The notes under the pieces were generated by a model. The model did not search any database. It was not told where the DNA came from and worked only from the letters and a program-made list of their open reading frames with translations. This document shows, in pieces, positions 17,401-23,804 of a DNA stretch of 64,000 nucleotides. The stretch is taken from assembly GCA_029260135.1 (NCBI GenBank), contig JAJDDV010000146.1, forward strand, positions 33,303 through 97,302, read 5' to 3'. This DNA comes from Phycisphaerae bacterium (GTDB taxonomy: Bacteria > Planctomycetota > Phycisphaerae > UBA1845). Numbering within the stretch: position 1 is the stretch's first letter; every line of letters starts with the position of its first letter. A program made the position numbers and the translations under genes.

Positions 17401-19782
17401 GTCGTTCCACGGTGTTCCGAGGTCGAAACCGATGTGCCTCGCGAGCGCGTTCGCCAGCGTGTGCAGTTGGGATCCCGGTTCGAGCATCCCCCATCCCGAC
17501 ACGGCACCGTCCCCGATCGATCGCGTCGGATGGACGATGATGGCCGCAGGGCTGGCACCCTGCTGGACCCCGAGACCCTCACACGTCTTACACCACCCCA
17601 TGCGACTATTGAACGAGAAGTGGTGCGGTGTTAGCTCGTCATAGCTCCGGCTGCACTTGTCGCACGAGTGATGTTGCGAGAATCGAAACTCGTTGCGTTT
17701 CTTCCGTCTCTTGCTGCTCCTCTTCGTCGAGGTACCTCCGTCATCCTCGACCGGCTGTACAAGGATGACGCCGTTGCCGATCGAAAGCGACTGCTCGACA
17801 CTGTCCGCGATGCGCGACGCGTTCTTCTTGCCCACCACCACGCGGTCGACCACCAGCTCCACGCGGTGTCGCCGCTTGCCGTCGATGTCGATCGGCTCAT
17901 CCAACGAGAAAACCTCACCGTCGACGCGCACCCGTGCATAGCCGTTGGCCCGTTCCCGCTGAAACAGGCGTTCGTACGACTCCTGCCCCGTCGGCTCGAT
18001 CGGCGCCATGAGCAAAATCCGCCGCCCCTCGCCCAGTCCGAGCACCTTCTCGACGATCTCTTCGCTCGACTGCGTCCCGATCTCCACCTTGCACTTGGGG
18101 CAATAAGGCCTGCCGATCCTCGCCCATAGAATGCGAAGATAGTCGTAGACTTCCGTGATCGTGCCCACCGTCGATCGCGGAGATTTGCTCGTGGTCTTCT
18201 GCTCGATACAGATCGCCGGCGACAACCCATGGACATGATCGACCTTCGGCGGCTGCAGCCGACTCAAAAACTGACGCGCATACGCGCTGAGCGACTCGAC
18301 ATACCGGCGCTGACCTTCCGTGTAAACCGTGTCGATCGCCAGACTGCTCTTGCCGCTTCCGCTGGGGCCGCTGCAAACCGTCATTCGACCTCGCGGAAAC
18401 TCGACGGTGATGTCTTTGAGGTTGTGCTGCTTCGCCCCGACCACCGTAATCGCATCGCGTTTGGATTTGGAACCACCATTGCGGCCAACGCTCGATGTCT
18501 TCCCCCGCCCGTTCTTCCCGTTTGTCGCCGCTTTGGTCTTCTTGCCGCCGCCGAGTACCTCCCGCAACACGGCCCCCGTGTGCGACCGCTTCGATCGTGC
18601 GACATGCTCCGGCGTGCCCTGCGAAACCACGCGCCCGCCGTCGGCGCCCCCTTCGGGACCCAGATCGATCACCCAGTCCGCCGTCTTGACCACGTCGAGA
18701 TTGTGCTCGATCACCATCACGCTGTTGCCGGCGTCGACGAACCGGTGCAACACCGCCAGCAGCTTCTTGATGTCGTCGAAGTGTAGCCCCGTCGTCGGCT
18801 CATCCAGCAGATAGAGCGTCCGCCCGGTCGATTTCTTGACCAGTTCGCGCGCCAGCTTGATCCGCTGCGCTTCGCCGCCCGAGAGTGTGGTCGACGACTG
18901 CCCGAGCTTGAGATAATCCAGGCCGACCTCGTGTAGCCTGCGGAGCATCGCGGCGACCTTCGGAACGTTCTCGAAGTGCTCGAGCGCGTCCTGCACGTCC
19001 ATGCCCAGCACATCGGCGATGTTCTTACCCTTGAAGAGAATCTGCAGTGTCTCTCGATTGAACCGCCGCCCCGAACAGACCGGGCACGTTACCCAGACGT
19101 CCGCGAGGAAGTCCATCTCCATCTTGTTTTGGCCGTTACCCTCACACGCCTCGCAACGACCGCCGCCCGCCTTGCCCGTGTGGACGTTGAAGCTGAACCG
19201 GCCCGGCTTATACCCGCGGACCTTCGCGTCCGGGAGCTTTGCGTACAGCGCGCGAATCTCGTCGAACACCTTGATATACGTAGCCGGGTTGGATCGCGGT
19301 GTTCGCCCGATCGGCGACTGATCGATGTCGATGACCTTGTCGAGATGCTCGACCCCGTCGATGCGATCGTGAACGCCGGGGTCGACCTTGACCGCGCCGT
19401 TCAGATCGCGGTTAAGCGCCTCTCCGAGGATATCGTTGACCAGCGAACTCTTCCCCGATCCCGACACGCCCGTCACGCAAACAAACCGCCCCAGCGGAAT
19501 CTCGACGTCCAGATTCCGAAGATTATTCTGCCGCGCCCCAACCACCGTCAGCCACGCGTGCTCGGCATCGTGTGCCGAACCCTCCTCCCCTGAGCCGCGG
19601 GCTTCAGCCCGCGCGGACTCCGCACGCTGTGTAGCCTTGCTCGATTTGCGTGCGGACGCGGTTTTTTGTGGGACCGACTTTCCAGTCGGTCGACCCGCGC
19701 GCGCAGAGTCTCCCCGTACGGCGGGCTCCGCCCGCCGCTTCGCCTTCTTGCGCGTTGGTGTCGTCTTACGCTTCTTGCCCAT
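14479..19782 (-). CDS. uvrA: Giant UvrA-family protein (1767 aa): basic N-tail, UvrA NBD-II module, basic linker, complete UvrA (NBD-I + NBD-II), 370-aa unknown C-terminal region
   Basis: Three Walker A sites (GVSGSGKSS, GPSGSGKSS, GVSGSGKST), three ABC signatures (LSGGEAQR, LSGGESQR, LSGGEAQR) and three Walker B sites (LLDEPTTGLH, VLDEPTIGLH, ILDEPTTGLH). UvrA zinc modules are also present (CPKC.., CDKC..CKTC, CEACxGxG..CPVC / CESC). Confidence 0.93.
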   Translation of the reverse strand: MGKKRKTTPTRKKAKRRAEPAVRGDSARAGRPTGKSVPQKTASARKSSKATQRAESARAEARGSGEEGSAHDAEHAWLTVVGARQNNLRNLDVEIPLGRFVCVTGVSGSGKSSLVNDILGEALNRDLNGAVKVDPGVHDRIDGVEHLDKVIDIDQSPIGRTPRSNPATYIKVFDEIRALYAKLPDAKVRGYKPGRFSFNVHTGKAGGGRCEACEGNGQNKMEMDFLADVWVTCPVCSGRRFNRETLQILFKGKNIADVLGMDVQDALEHFENVPKVAAMLRRLHEVGLDYLKLGQSSTTLSGGEAQRIKLARELVKKSTGRTLYLLDEPTTGLHFDDIKKLLAVLHRFVDAGNSVMVIEHNLDVVKTADWVIDLGPEGGADGGRVVSQGTPEHVARSKRSHTGAVLREVLGGGKKTKAATNGKNGRGKTSSVGRNGGSKSKRDAITVVGAKQHNLKDITVEFPRGRMTVCSGPSGSGKSSLAIDTVYTEGQRRYVESLSAYARQFLSRLQPPKVDHVHGLSPAICIEQKTTSKSPRSTVGTITEVYDYLRILWARIGRPYCPKCKVEIGTQSSEEIVEKVLGLGEGRRILLMAPIEPTGQESYERLFQRERANGYARVRVDGEVFSLDEPIDIDGKRRHRVELVVDRVVVGKKNASRIADSVEQSLSIGNGVILVQPVEDDGGTSTKRSSKRRKKRNEFRFSQHHSCDKCSRSYDELTPHHFSFNSRMGWCKTCEGLGVQQGASPAAIIVHPTRSIGDGAVSGWGMLEPGSQLHTLANALARHIGFDLGTPWNDLSEVQRLAFLHGCDDEWIEAKPQRTKGKARRFAGEDLTGIRFKWRGYFPAINRATRSSWLFRKRLEDLVTDVPCDTCAGGRLRAESAAVRLADVTIHELCLWPLGKAVAWFEKLKLPARERKIAGELLHEIESRLRFLVDVGLDYVTLHRTASTLSGGESQRIQLASQIGTGLTGVLYVLDEPTIGLHPRDNDRLIRALKRLRDLGNTLLLVEHDRDVIDAADHVLDFGPGAGTFGGEITAAATPKRLRSKRASLTGQYLGSKKAIPVPSNRRSVDADTAHLTIHGARENNLKEIDVAFPLGRFTCVTGVSGSGKSTLVSSILHNALAARIHRARLVPGGHERISGIENIDKVVNVDQSPIGVSPTSNPATYTGVFDVIRNLFARLPVSRMRGYTANRFSFNRPGGRCEACQGMGQQCIEMHFLPDVWVECESCRGARYVPETLEACYRGHSIVDVLNMRVSEALEQFENVPKIRRMLETLDDVGLGYVQLGQSAPTLSGGEAQRIKLAAELGRPSTGKTLYILDEPTTGLHFDDLRKLLGVLHRLVDGGNTCICIEHNLDVIKTADWMIDLGPEAGEIGGRIVFEGTPEEVVRSKGSHTGRVLKPALDAGPVEDRIVHVPGKKRAAGSKETAIASLSAKRSSKEQHAPLPHPAGSDESVRMPWERDGRAWHTVDHLDSKGEPVKWDAEVLTWFVDTATSVGEFAPPDWNHRTRIELKAKGAKMWFCHILTGAKDLLDVAIRVPENTFDPERLRQRLSIKTLDERKDLPIYGQWDRVRHRTLTDGWEELRLHLRDFKDLTKAKGRALLKEAATAYAQQMSQIKADPDAAQPWKADGQAWHLSQKSISRRHVIRWKPATLMTLIGRFKAIQPDLEVRWEARTAVQLLGPGEDRYTAKIVTNIGRGLRVELRSPTAALTPTQVDRLGEDVEIKPQEAYDRIVFWLHTLGQNDSKQMSAAWRACRTIDREEALQSA
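19648..19782. repeat. Direct repeat copy 1 (135 bp), the 5' end of the giant UvrA-like gene
   Basis: About 93% identical (10 mismatches by eye) to 20059..20193. The offset is exactly 411 bp. It encodes MGKKRKTTPTRKKAKRRAEPAVRGDSARAGRPTGKSVPQKTASAR. Confidence 0.9.
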
Positions 19783-19810
19783 TCCGTGTCCGCCGCAAAC
19801 TCAAGTTCCC

Positions 19811-19827
19811 TCGGGTGGCATGGGCAA
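19811..19827. repeat. Left arm of a perfect 17-bp inverted repeat (TCGGGTGGCATGGGCAA)
   Basis: Exact reverse complement of 20186..20202. It contains a plus-strand ATG (19820) and lies 28 nt upstream of the giant gene's start codon on the opposite strand. Confidence 0.9.
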
Positions 19828-19917
19828 ACTCGTTTGCCCGTGTAGCCGCGAATCTCATCGCACGAACTCCGCAGCCTCGCAGGGTGCACTTCGCCCGCCC
19901 CTTGGACTGATCGTTCT

Positions 19918-20193
19918 TCACCAGCACAACTGCACCGTGCCCGCGAACTCGACAGACTTCGCCGCCAACTGTGCGATCCTCCGTTCGTAACGCTTGGGAA
20001 ACTGCTCGCGCAAATGTTCGAGCAACACCGTCGCAACACCGGCTCTTCTCCATTTCGCGCGTGCGGACGCCGACGTCTGTGGGACCGACTTTCCAGTCGG
20101 TCGACCCGCGCGCACGGAATCTCCCCGTACGGCGGACTCCGCCCGCCGCTTCACCTTCTTGCGCGTTGGTGTCGTCTTACGCTTCTTGCCCAT
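19918..20193 (-). CDS. Small ORF (91 aa from ATG 20193): duplicated UvrA-linker N-terminus plus a unique helical C-terminus; possibly a gene remnant
   Basis: The first roughly 45 aa (MGKKRKTTPTRKKVKRRAESAVRGDSVRAGRPTGKSVPQTSASAR) duplicate the giant gene's N-terminus. The unique part is AKWRRAGVATVLLEHLREQFPKRYERRIAQLAAKSVEFAGTVQLCW. Coding status is unknown. Confidence 0.3.
   Translation of the reverse strand: MGKKRKTTPTRKKVKRRAESAVRGDSVRAGRPTGKSVPQTSASARAKWRRAGVATVLLEHLREQFPKRYERRIAQLAAKSVEFAGTVQLCW
20059..20193. repeat. Direct repeat copy 2 (135 bp)
   Basis: See 19648..19782. Both copies contain the 8-bp-stem hairpin GACCGACT-TTCC-AGTCGGTC (19672-19691 and 20083-20102). Confidence 0.9.
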
Positions 20194-20202
20194 GCCACCC
20201 GA
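20186..20202. repeat. Right arm of the perfect 17-bp inverted repeat (TTGCCCATGCCACCCGA)
   Basis: Reverse complement of 19811..19827. It covers the ATG (20193) of the small minus-strand ORF and the 9 nt upstream of it. Confidence 0.9.
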
Positions 20203-20227
20203 TTCCGCCAATGCGTTGCGACTGTGT

Positions 20228-22147
20228 TCACTTCTTCTCTCGTCTTACTACCCGGCGTTTCTTGGGAACCTCGATCTCTTCGTCTCCTCTCAGATACCGC
20301 CCCGTGATCGACTTCTTCGACGCACGAATCGTCGCCAGATCCCCTTGCGCCGTCACCTTCCCGCCACGAACGCCGGGCCCCGGGCCGAAATCGACGATCT
20401 CATCCGCCGTGCGCATCGTCTGCTCATCGTGCTCGACGACAATCACCGTGTTGCCCAGATCGCGAAGCCTCAGCAGCGAATCTAGTAACCGCTCGTTGTC
20501 CCGCGCGTGCAGTCCGATGCTCGGCTCATCGAGAATGTACAGCACGCCCACTAGCCCCGCACCGATCTGACTCGCCAACCGAATCCGCTGCGACTCCCCA
20601 CCCGAAAGCGTCGGGGCTGAACGGTCCAGCGTCAGATACCCAAGCCCCACGTCGAGAAGAAACCCCAGCCGCCCGCGAATCTCTTTGACCACATCCTCCG
20701 CGATGATCCGCTCCGTCGGTCCGAGTTCGAGCCCTTCGATGAAGTCGACCGCCTGCTCGATCGAAAGCGTCGACAGCTCGCACAGGTTGATCCCGCAGAC
20801 CTGCACCGCCAGCGCCTGCGCATTAAGCCTCGCGCCGCCGCAGTCCGGGCAGATGGCCTTCCGCATGAACTTCTCGTAATACGCCCGAACGAAATTCGAC
20901 TTGGCCTTGCGATGCTTCTCACGCAAATCGGCAATCACACCCGCAAACGTATCGCCATGTCGATACACTCCGCCCGACCAACGCCAGTCGTACTGAATGT
21001 GCCTTTCGCCCAGCCCATACAGCAGCGCGTGCTTAGCCTCTTCGGGCAGCTTCCCCCACGGTGTCTTCAGGTCGAACCCGACGTGCTTCGCGACGCCGCG
21101 GAAGATATGCCTTCGCCACCGCCCGATCCGCGTACGCATCGGCGCGACCGCCAGCTTGAGGAACGTTTTGCGCGGGTTCGGCACCATCAGGTCGGGATCG
21201 AAATCGTACGTCGTTCCCAGCCCGTCACAGGTCAAACACATTCCGGCCGGCGAATTGAAGCTGAAGAGCTGCGGCGACGGCGACTCGAAACTTACATCGC
21301 ATTTCGCACAGCCATAGTGCGACGACAGCAGCAGATCGCCCGCGCGCCCACCCTTCGTCTTCTTCCCCGCACCCTTCTTCTTACCCTTCCCCTTCGAGCC
21401 GACGGAGCGCTTCGCAACACCGTCGCCGTCCACGACTTGTACAATCAGCGTACCCTCACCCAGCTTCAGCGCCGCTTCGACCGCCTCCGCCAAACGAGCG
21501 CGAATCTTCGACGAGATCACCAACCGATCCACGACGATCTCGATGTCGTGGCGAACATGCCTCGCCAGCGCCGGAGCCTCGGACAGCGCAGCGACCTCAC
21601 CGTCGATCCGCGCCCGCGCATACCCCTGGCGAATCATGTCGTCGAACAGATCGCGATACTCACCCTTCTGCCCGCGAACCACAGGCGCGAGCACGAGAAT
21701 CTTCGCATCTTCCTCGAGTTCGAGAATCCGCGCGATGATTTGCTCCCGTGTCTGCGCGCGAATCGGCTCACCGCATCCCGTGCAGTGCTGGCGCCCCACG
21801 CGCGCAAAGAGAACGCGCAAGTAATCGTGAATCTGCGTGATCGTCCCGACCGTACTGCGCGGATTCCATCCGCTCGTCTTCTGCTGGATCGCGATCGCCG
21901 GGCTGAGCCCCGTGATCTGGTCGACATCCGGCTTGGCCAGCTGTCCCAGAAACTGTCGCGCATACGAGCTGAGCGATTCCAGATAACGCCGCTGCCCCTC
22001 AGCAAACAGCGTGTCAAATGCGAAGCTGCTCTTCCCGCTTCCCGAAACGCCGGTCAGGCAAATCAGCTTCCCACGAGGCAGCTTCAGCGAGACCGACTGC
22101 AGGTTGTGCTCGCGCGCACCCTTGACCGTAATCGTTCGTGGTTCCAT
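20228..22147 (-). CDS. uvrA: UvrA N-terminal half only (NBD-I with UvrB-binding-like and zinc-finger insertions); ends in the NBD-I/NBD-II linker
   Basis: 639 aa with Walker A GVSGSGKSS, FAEGQRRYLESLSSYARQF, Zn modules (CTGC, CAKC..CLTCDGLG, CPDCGG), signature LSGGESQR and Walker B ILDEPSIGLH. It ends ..ITGRYLRGDEEIEVPKKRRVVRREKK*. In canonical UvrA that motif immediately precedes NBD-II. Confidence 0.93.
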   Translation of the reverse strand: MEPRTITVKGAREHNLQSVSLKLPRGKLICLTGVSGSGKSSFAFDTLFAEGQRRYLESLSSYARQFLGQLAKPDVDQITGLSPAIAIQQKTSGWNPRSTVGTITQIHDYLRVLFARVGRQHCTGCGEPIRAQTREQIIARILELEEDAKILVLAPVVRGQKGEYRDLFDDMIRQGYARARIDGEVAALSEAPALARHVRHDIEIVVDRLVISSKIRARLAEAVEAALKLGEGTLIVQVVDGDGVAKRSVGSKGKGKKKGAGKKTKGGRAGDLLLSSHYGCAKCDVSFESPSPQLFSFNSPAGMCLTCDGLGTTYDFDPDLMVPNPRKTFLKLAVAPMRTRIGRWRRHIFRGVAKHVGFDLKTPWGKLPEEAKHALLYGLGERHIQYDWRWSGGVYRHGDTFAGVIADLREKHRKAKSNFVRAYYEKFMRKAICPDCGGARLNAQALAVQVCGINLCELSTLSIEQAVDFIEGLELGPTERIIAEDVVKEIRGRLGFLLDVGLGYLTLDRSAPTLSGGESQRIRLASQIGAGLVGVLYILDEPSIGLHARDNERLLDSLLRLRDLGNTVIVVEHDEQTMRTADEIVDFGPGPGVRGGKVTAQGDLATIRASKKSITGRYLRGDEEIEVPKKRRVVRREKK

Positions 22148-22224
22148 CGTGAGATGATGTTACGTCGCCACCGCCCCGCTGCCCAGAGGATTCCCGCCGG
22201 CTTCATTGAAAACGCCGCCCCGAT

Positions 22225-22878
22225 CTAACCCCCGACATTCGGCGGCTTCGGCCGAGCAGCCGCCCCGAGCGCCGCCAGGCCCGCCAGCGACCGCGCGCCG
22301 GTCTCAAAGCCGAGATGAACGACGCGCCAAAACCCCTTGTCCTGCGCCATCCAGATGACCATCACGACCTTCGCGTTCGGATCGCCGCTCGGATCATCCA
22401 ATTCCATCAGCACCTCGCACGCCATCGCCGACGCGTCGCCGGTCGAAATCGCCTTGGGCTGAGTCTGACGGAATCGCGAACGCGCCCTATCCCAATCCGT
22501 CTGAAAGTTCTTGACGTAGTGCGCGACCGTCGGCGTCCAGTGCGTGACGACATTGTGAACGTATTTTTCCCGCGCCAGCCCCGTCCGATTGCCCTTCTGG
22601 ATGACGTTCGCCGCCGCAATATCAAACTGAACATCCAACGCCGCGTTCCGCTCCTGGGCCTTCGTCGCCACAAAATCCTCGTGGATGGCCCGAAGCAGGA
22701 CGTAGGCCACCTGAAGCGGCGTGGCGTCTTTGTCCAGGTTGATGCCGTACTGGCTCGTCGCCCGAACCGTGACCGCCTTGATCTCGCGGTGGTTGATGTT
22801 CGCCGTCTCGGAGCACCCGCCCCCAAAGGCCATCGCGCCGATCAGACTCACGAAAACCAGTTGTTTTGAGTGTTTCAT
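22225..22878 (-). CDS. Lipoprotein of unknown function
   Basis: Lies in ORF 22225..23595. ATG 22878 gives MKHSKQLVFVSLIGAMAFGGGCS (signal peptide plus lipobox). The ORF track's 5' extension overlaps the HIT gene on the other strand and is rejected. Confidence 0.7.
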   Translation of the reverse strand: MKHSKQLVFVSLIGAMAFGGGCSETANINHREIKAVTVRATSQYGINLDKDATPLQVAYVLLRAIHEDFVATKAQERNAALDVQFDIAAANVIQKGNRTGLAREKYVHNVVTHWTPTVAHYVKNFQTDWDRARSRFRQTQPKAISTGDASAMACEVLMELDDPSGDPNAKVVMVIWMAQDKGFWRVVHLGFETGARSLAGLAALGAAARPKPPNVGG

Positions 22879-22983
22879 CACGCGGGAGAGTCTACCCCCT
22901 GACGCCACCCGTGCAAACCGCCCGGCTTGTCCACCCTCGCGGAGACGGATAAACTCAGCGAAACCTTGGGAGAAACGACCGCG

Positions 22984-23505
22984 ATGGCCGAGTTCAATCA
23001 GAATCTGTGGGCTCCCTGGCGAATGGACTTCATCCGCTCGCTGGAAGACGAGGCCCAGAACGACGGCTGCTTTCTCTGCAGCTACTGGCAGCAGCCACAA
23101 TTCGACCGCGAAAACCACGTCGTCTGGCGAACCGAGTCCGCCTTCGCCGTCATGAACCGCTTCCCCTACACCAACGGCCACCTCCTCATCGCGCTCGCCA
23201 AGCACAAGGGCGACCTCGGCGACCTCGCCGACGACGAGTTGAACGAATTGACCCTCGCCATTCGCGACGGCGTCGACCTGCTCAAATCTTCGCTCAATCC
23301 GCAAGGTTTCAACGTCGGATACAACCTCGGCCGATGCGCCGGCGCCGGCCTGCCCGATCACCTGCACGCACATATCGTCCCTCGCTGGTCCGGCGATACG
23401 AACTTCATGGCCGTCATCGACTCCGTCCGCGTCGTGCCCGATTCGCTCGACGCCCTCTGGACACAGCTCGCCGACGTCGCGAAAGAGAAGGGCCTGGGAG
23501 ACTAG
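22984..23505 (+). CDS. HIT-family nucleotide hydrolase/transferase
   Basis: Histidine-triad motif HLHAHIVPRW and N-terminal NLWAPWRMDFI. Start taken at ATG 22984. Confidence 0.85.
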   Translation: MAEFNQNLWAPWRMDFIRSLEDEAQNDGCFLCSYWQQPQFDRENHVVWRTESAFAVMNRFPYTNGHLLIALAKHKGDLGDLADDELNELTLAIRDGVDLLKSSLNPQGFNVGYNLGRCAGAGLPDHLHAHIVPRWSGDTNFMAVIDSVRVVPDSLDALWTQLADVAKEKGLGD

Positions 23506-23611
23506 GCGTTGTCCGAGTGCGAAACCGTAGCGTGCATCTTGATGCACCTTCTGTCTGGGCGTGATACGACCCATGAATGACGCACGTGAAACCAACCTCG
23601 CTCCCTACGCC

Positions 23612-23773
23612 GGGTGCCATGCCAAAGCCGAAGGCCTGGGCATGCTGCGTCGCACGAGAAACGAAGGGTGCCATGCCAAAGCCGAAGGCGCGGGCATGAT
23701 GCGTCGCGCGAGAAACGAAGGGTGCCATGCCAAAGCCGAAGGCGCGGGCATGCTGCGTGGCACGAGGAATGTC
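23612..23773. repeat. Three tandem 54-bp units of REP-like hairpin family A (GGTGCCATGCCAAAGCCGAAGGCGCGGGCATG...)
   Basis: Units start at 23612, 23666 and 23720. Each contains the imperfect palindrome CATGCC-N13/14-GGGCATG. The array lies between the HIT and dGTPase-like genes. Confidence 0.85.
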
Positions 23774-23804
23774 AAGTGCATCTCGATGCTCCCTTCGGCC
23801 TCCC

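Noticed and set aside
19820-19990. The plus-strand 56-aa ORF (MGKLVCPCSRESHR...) considered as a real gene.
   Set aside because: It has no recognisable family, a composition compatible with chance in GC-rich DNA, and it overlaps the minus-strand small ORF. I kept it only as part of the inverted-repeat finding and did not list it as a feature.
22879-23595. The 5' extension of ORF 22225..23595 (456 aa as listed).
   Set aside because: The extension overlaps the well-supported HIT gene on the other strand and looks non-protein-like. The internal ATG 22878 gives a clean lipoprotein signal peptide.
23612-23773. Regularly spaced 54-bp repeats considered as a possible CRISPR array.
   Set aside because: The units are contiguous tandem copies with no unique spacers. 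There are only three copies, no cas genes are nearby, and the same motif occurs as solo copies elsewhere. It is a REP-type repeat.
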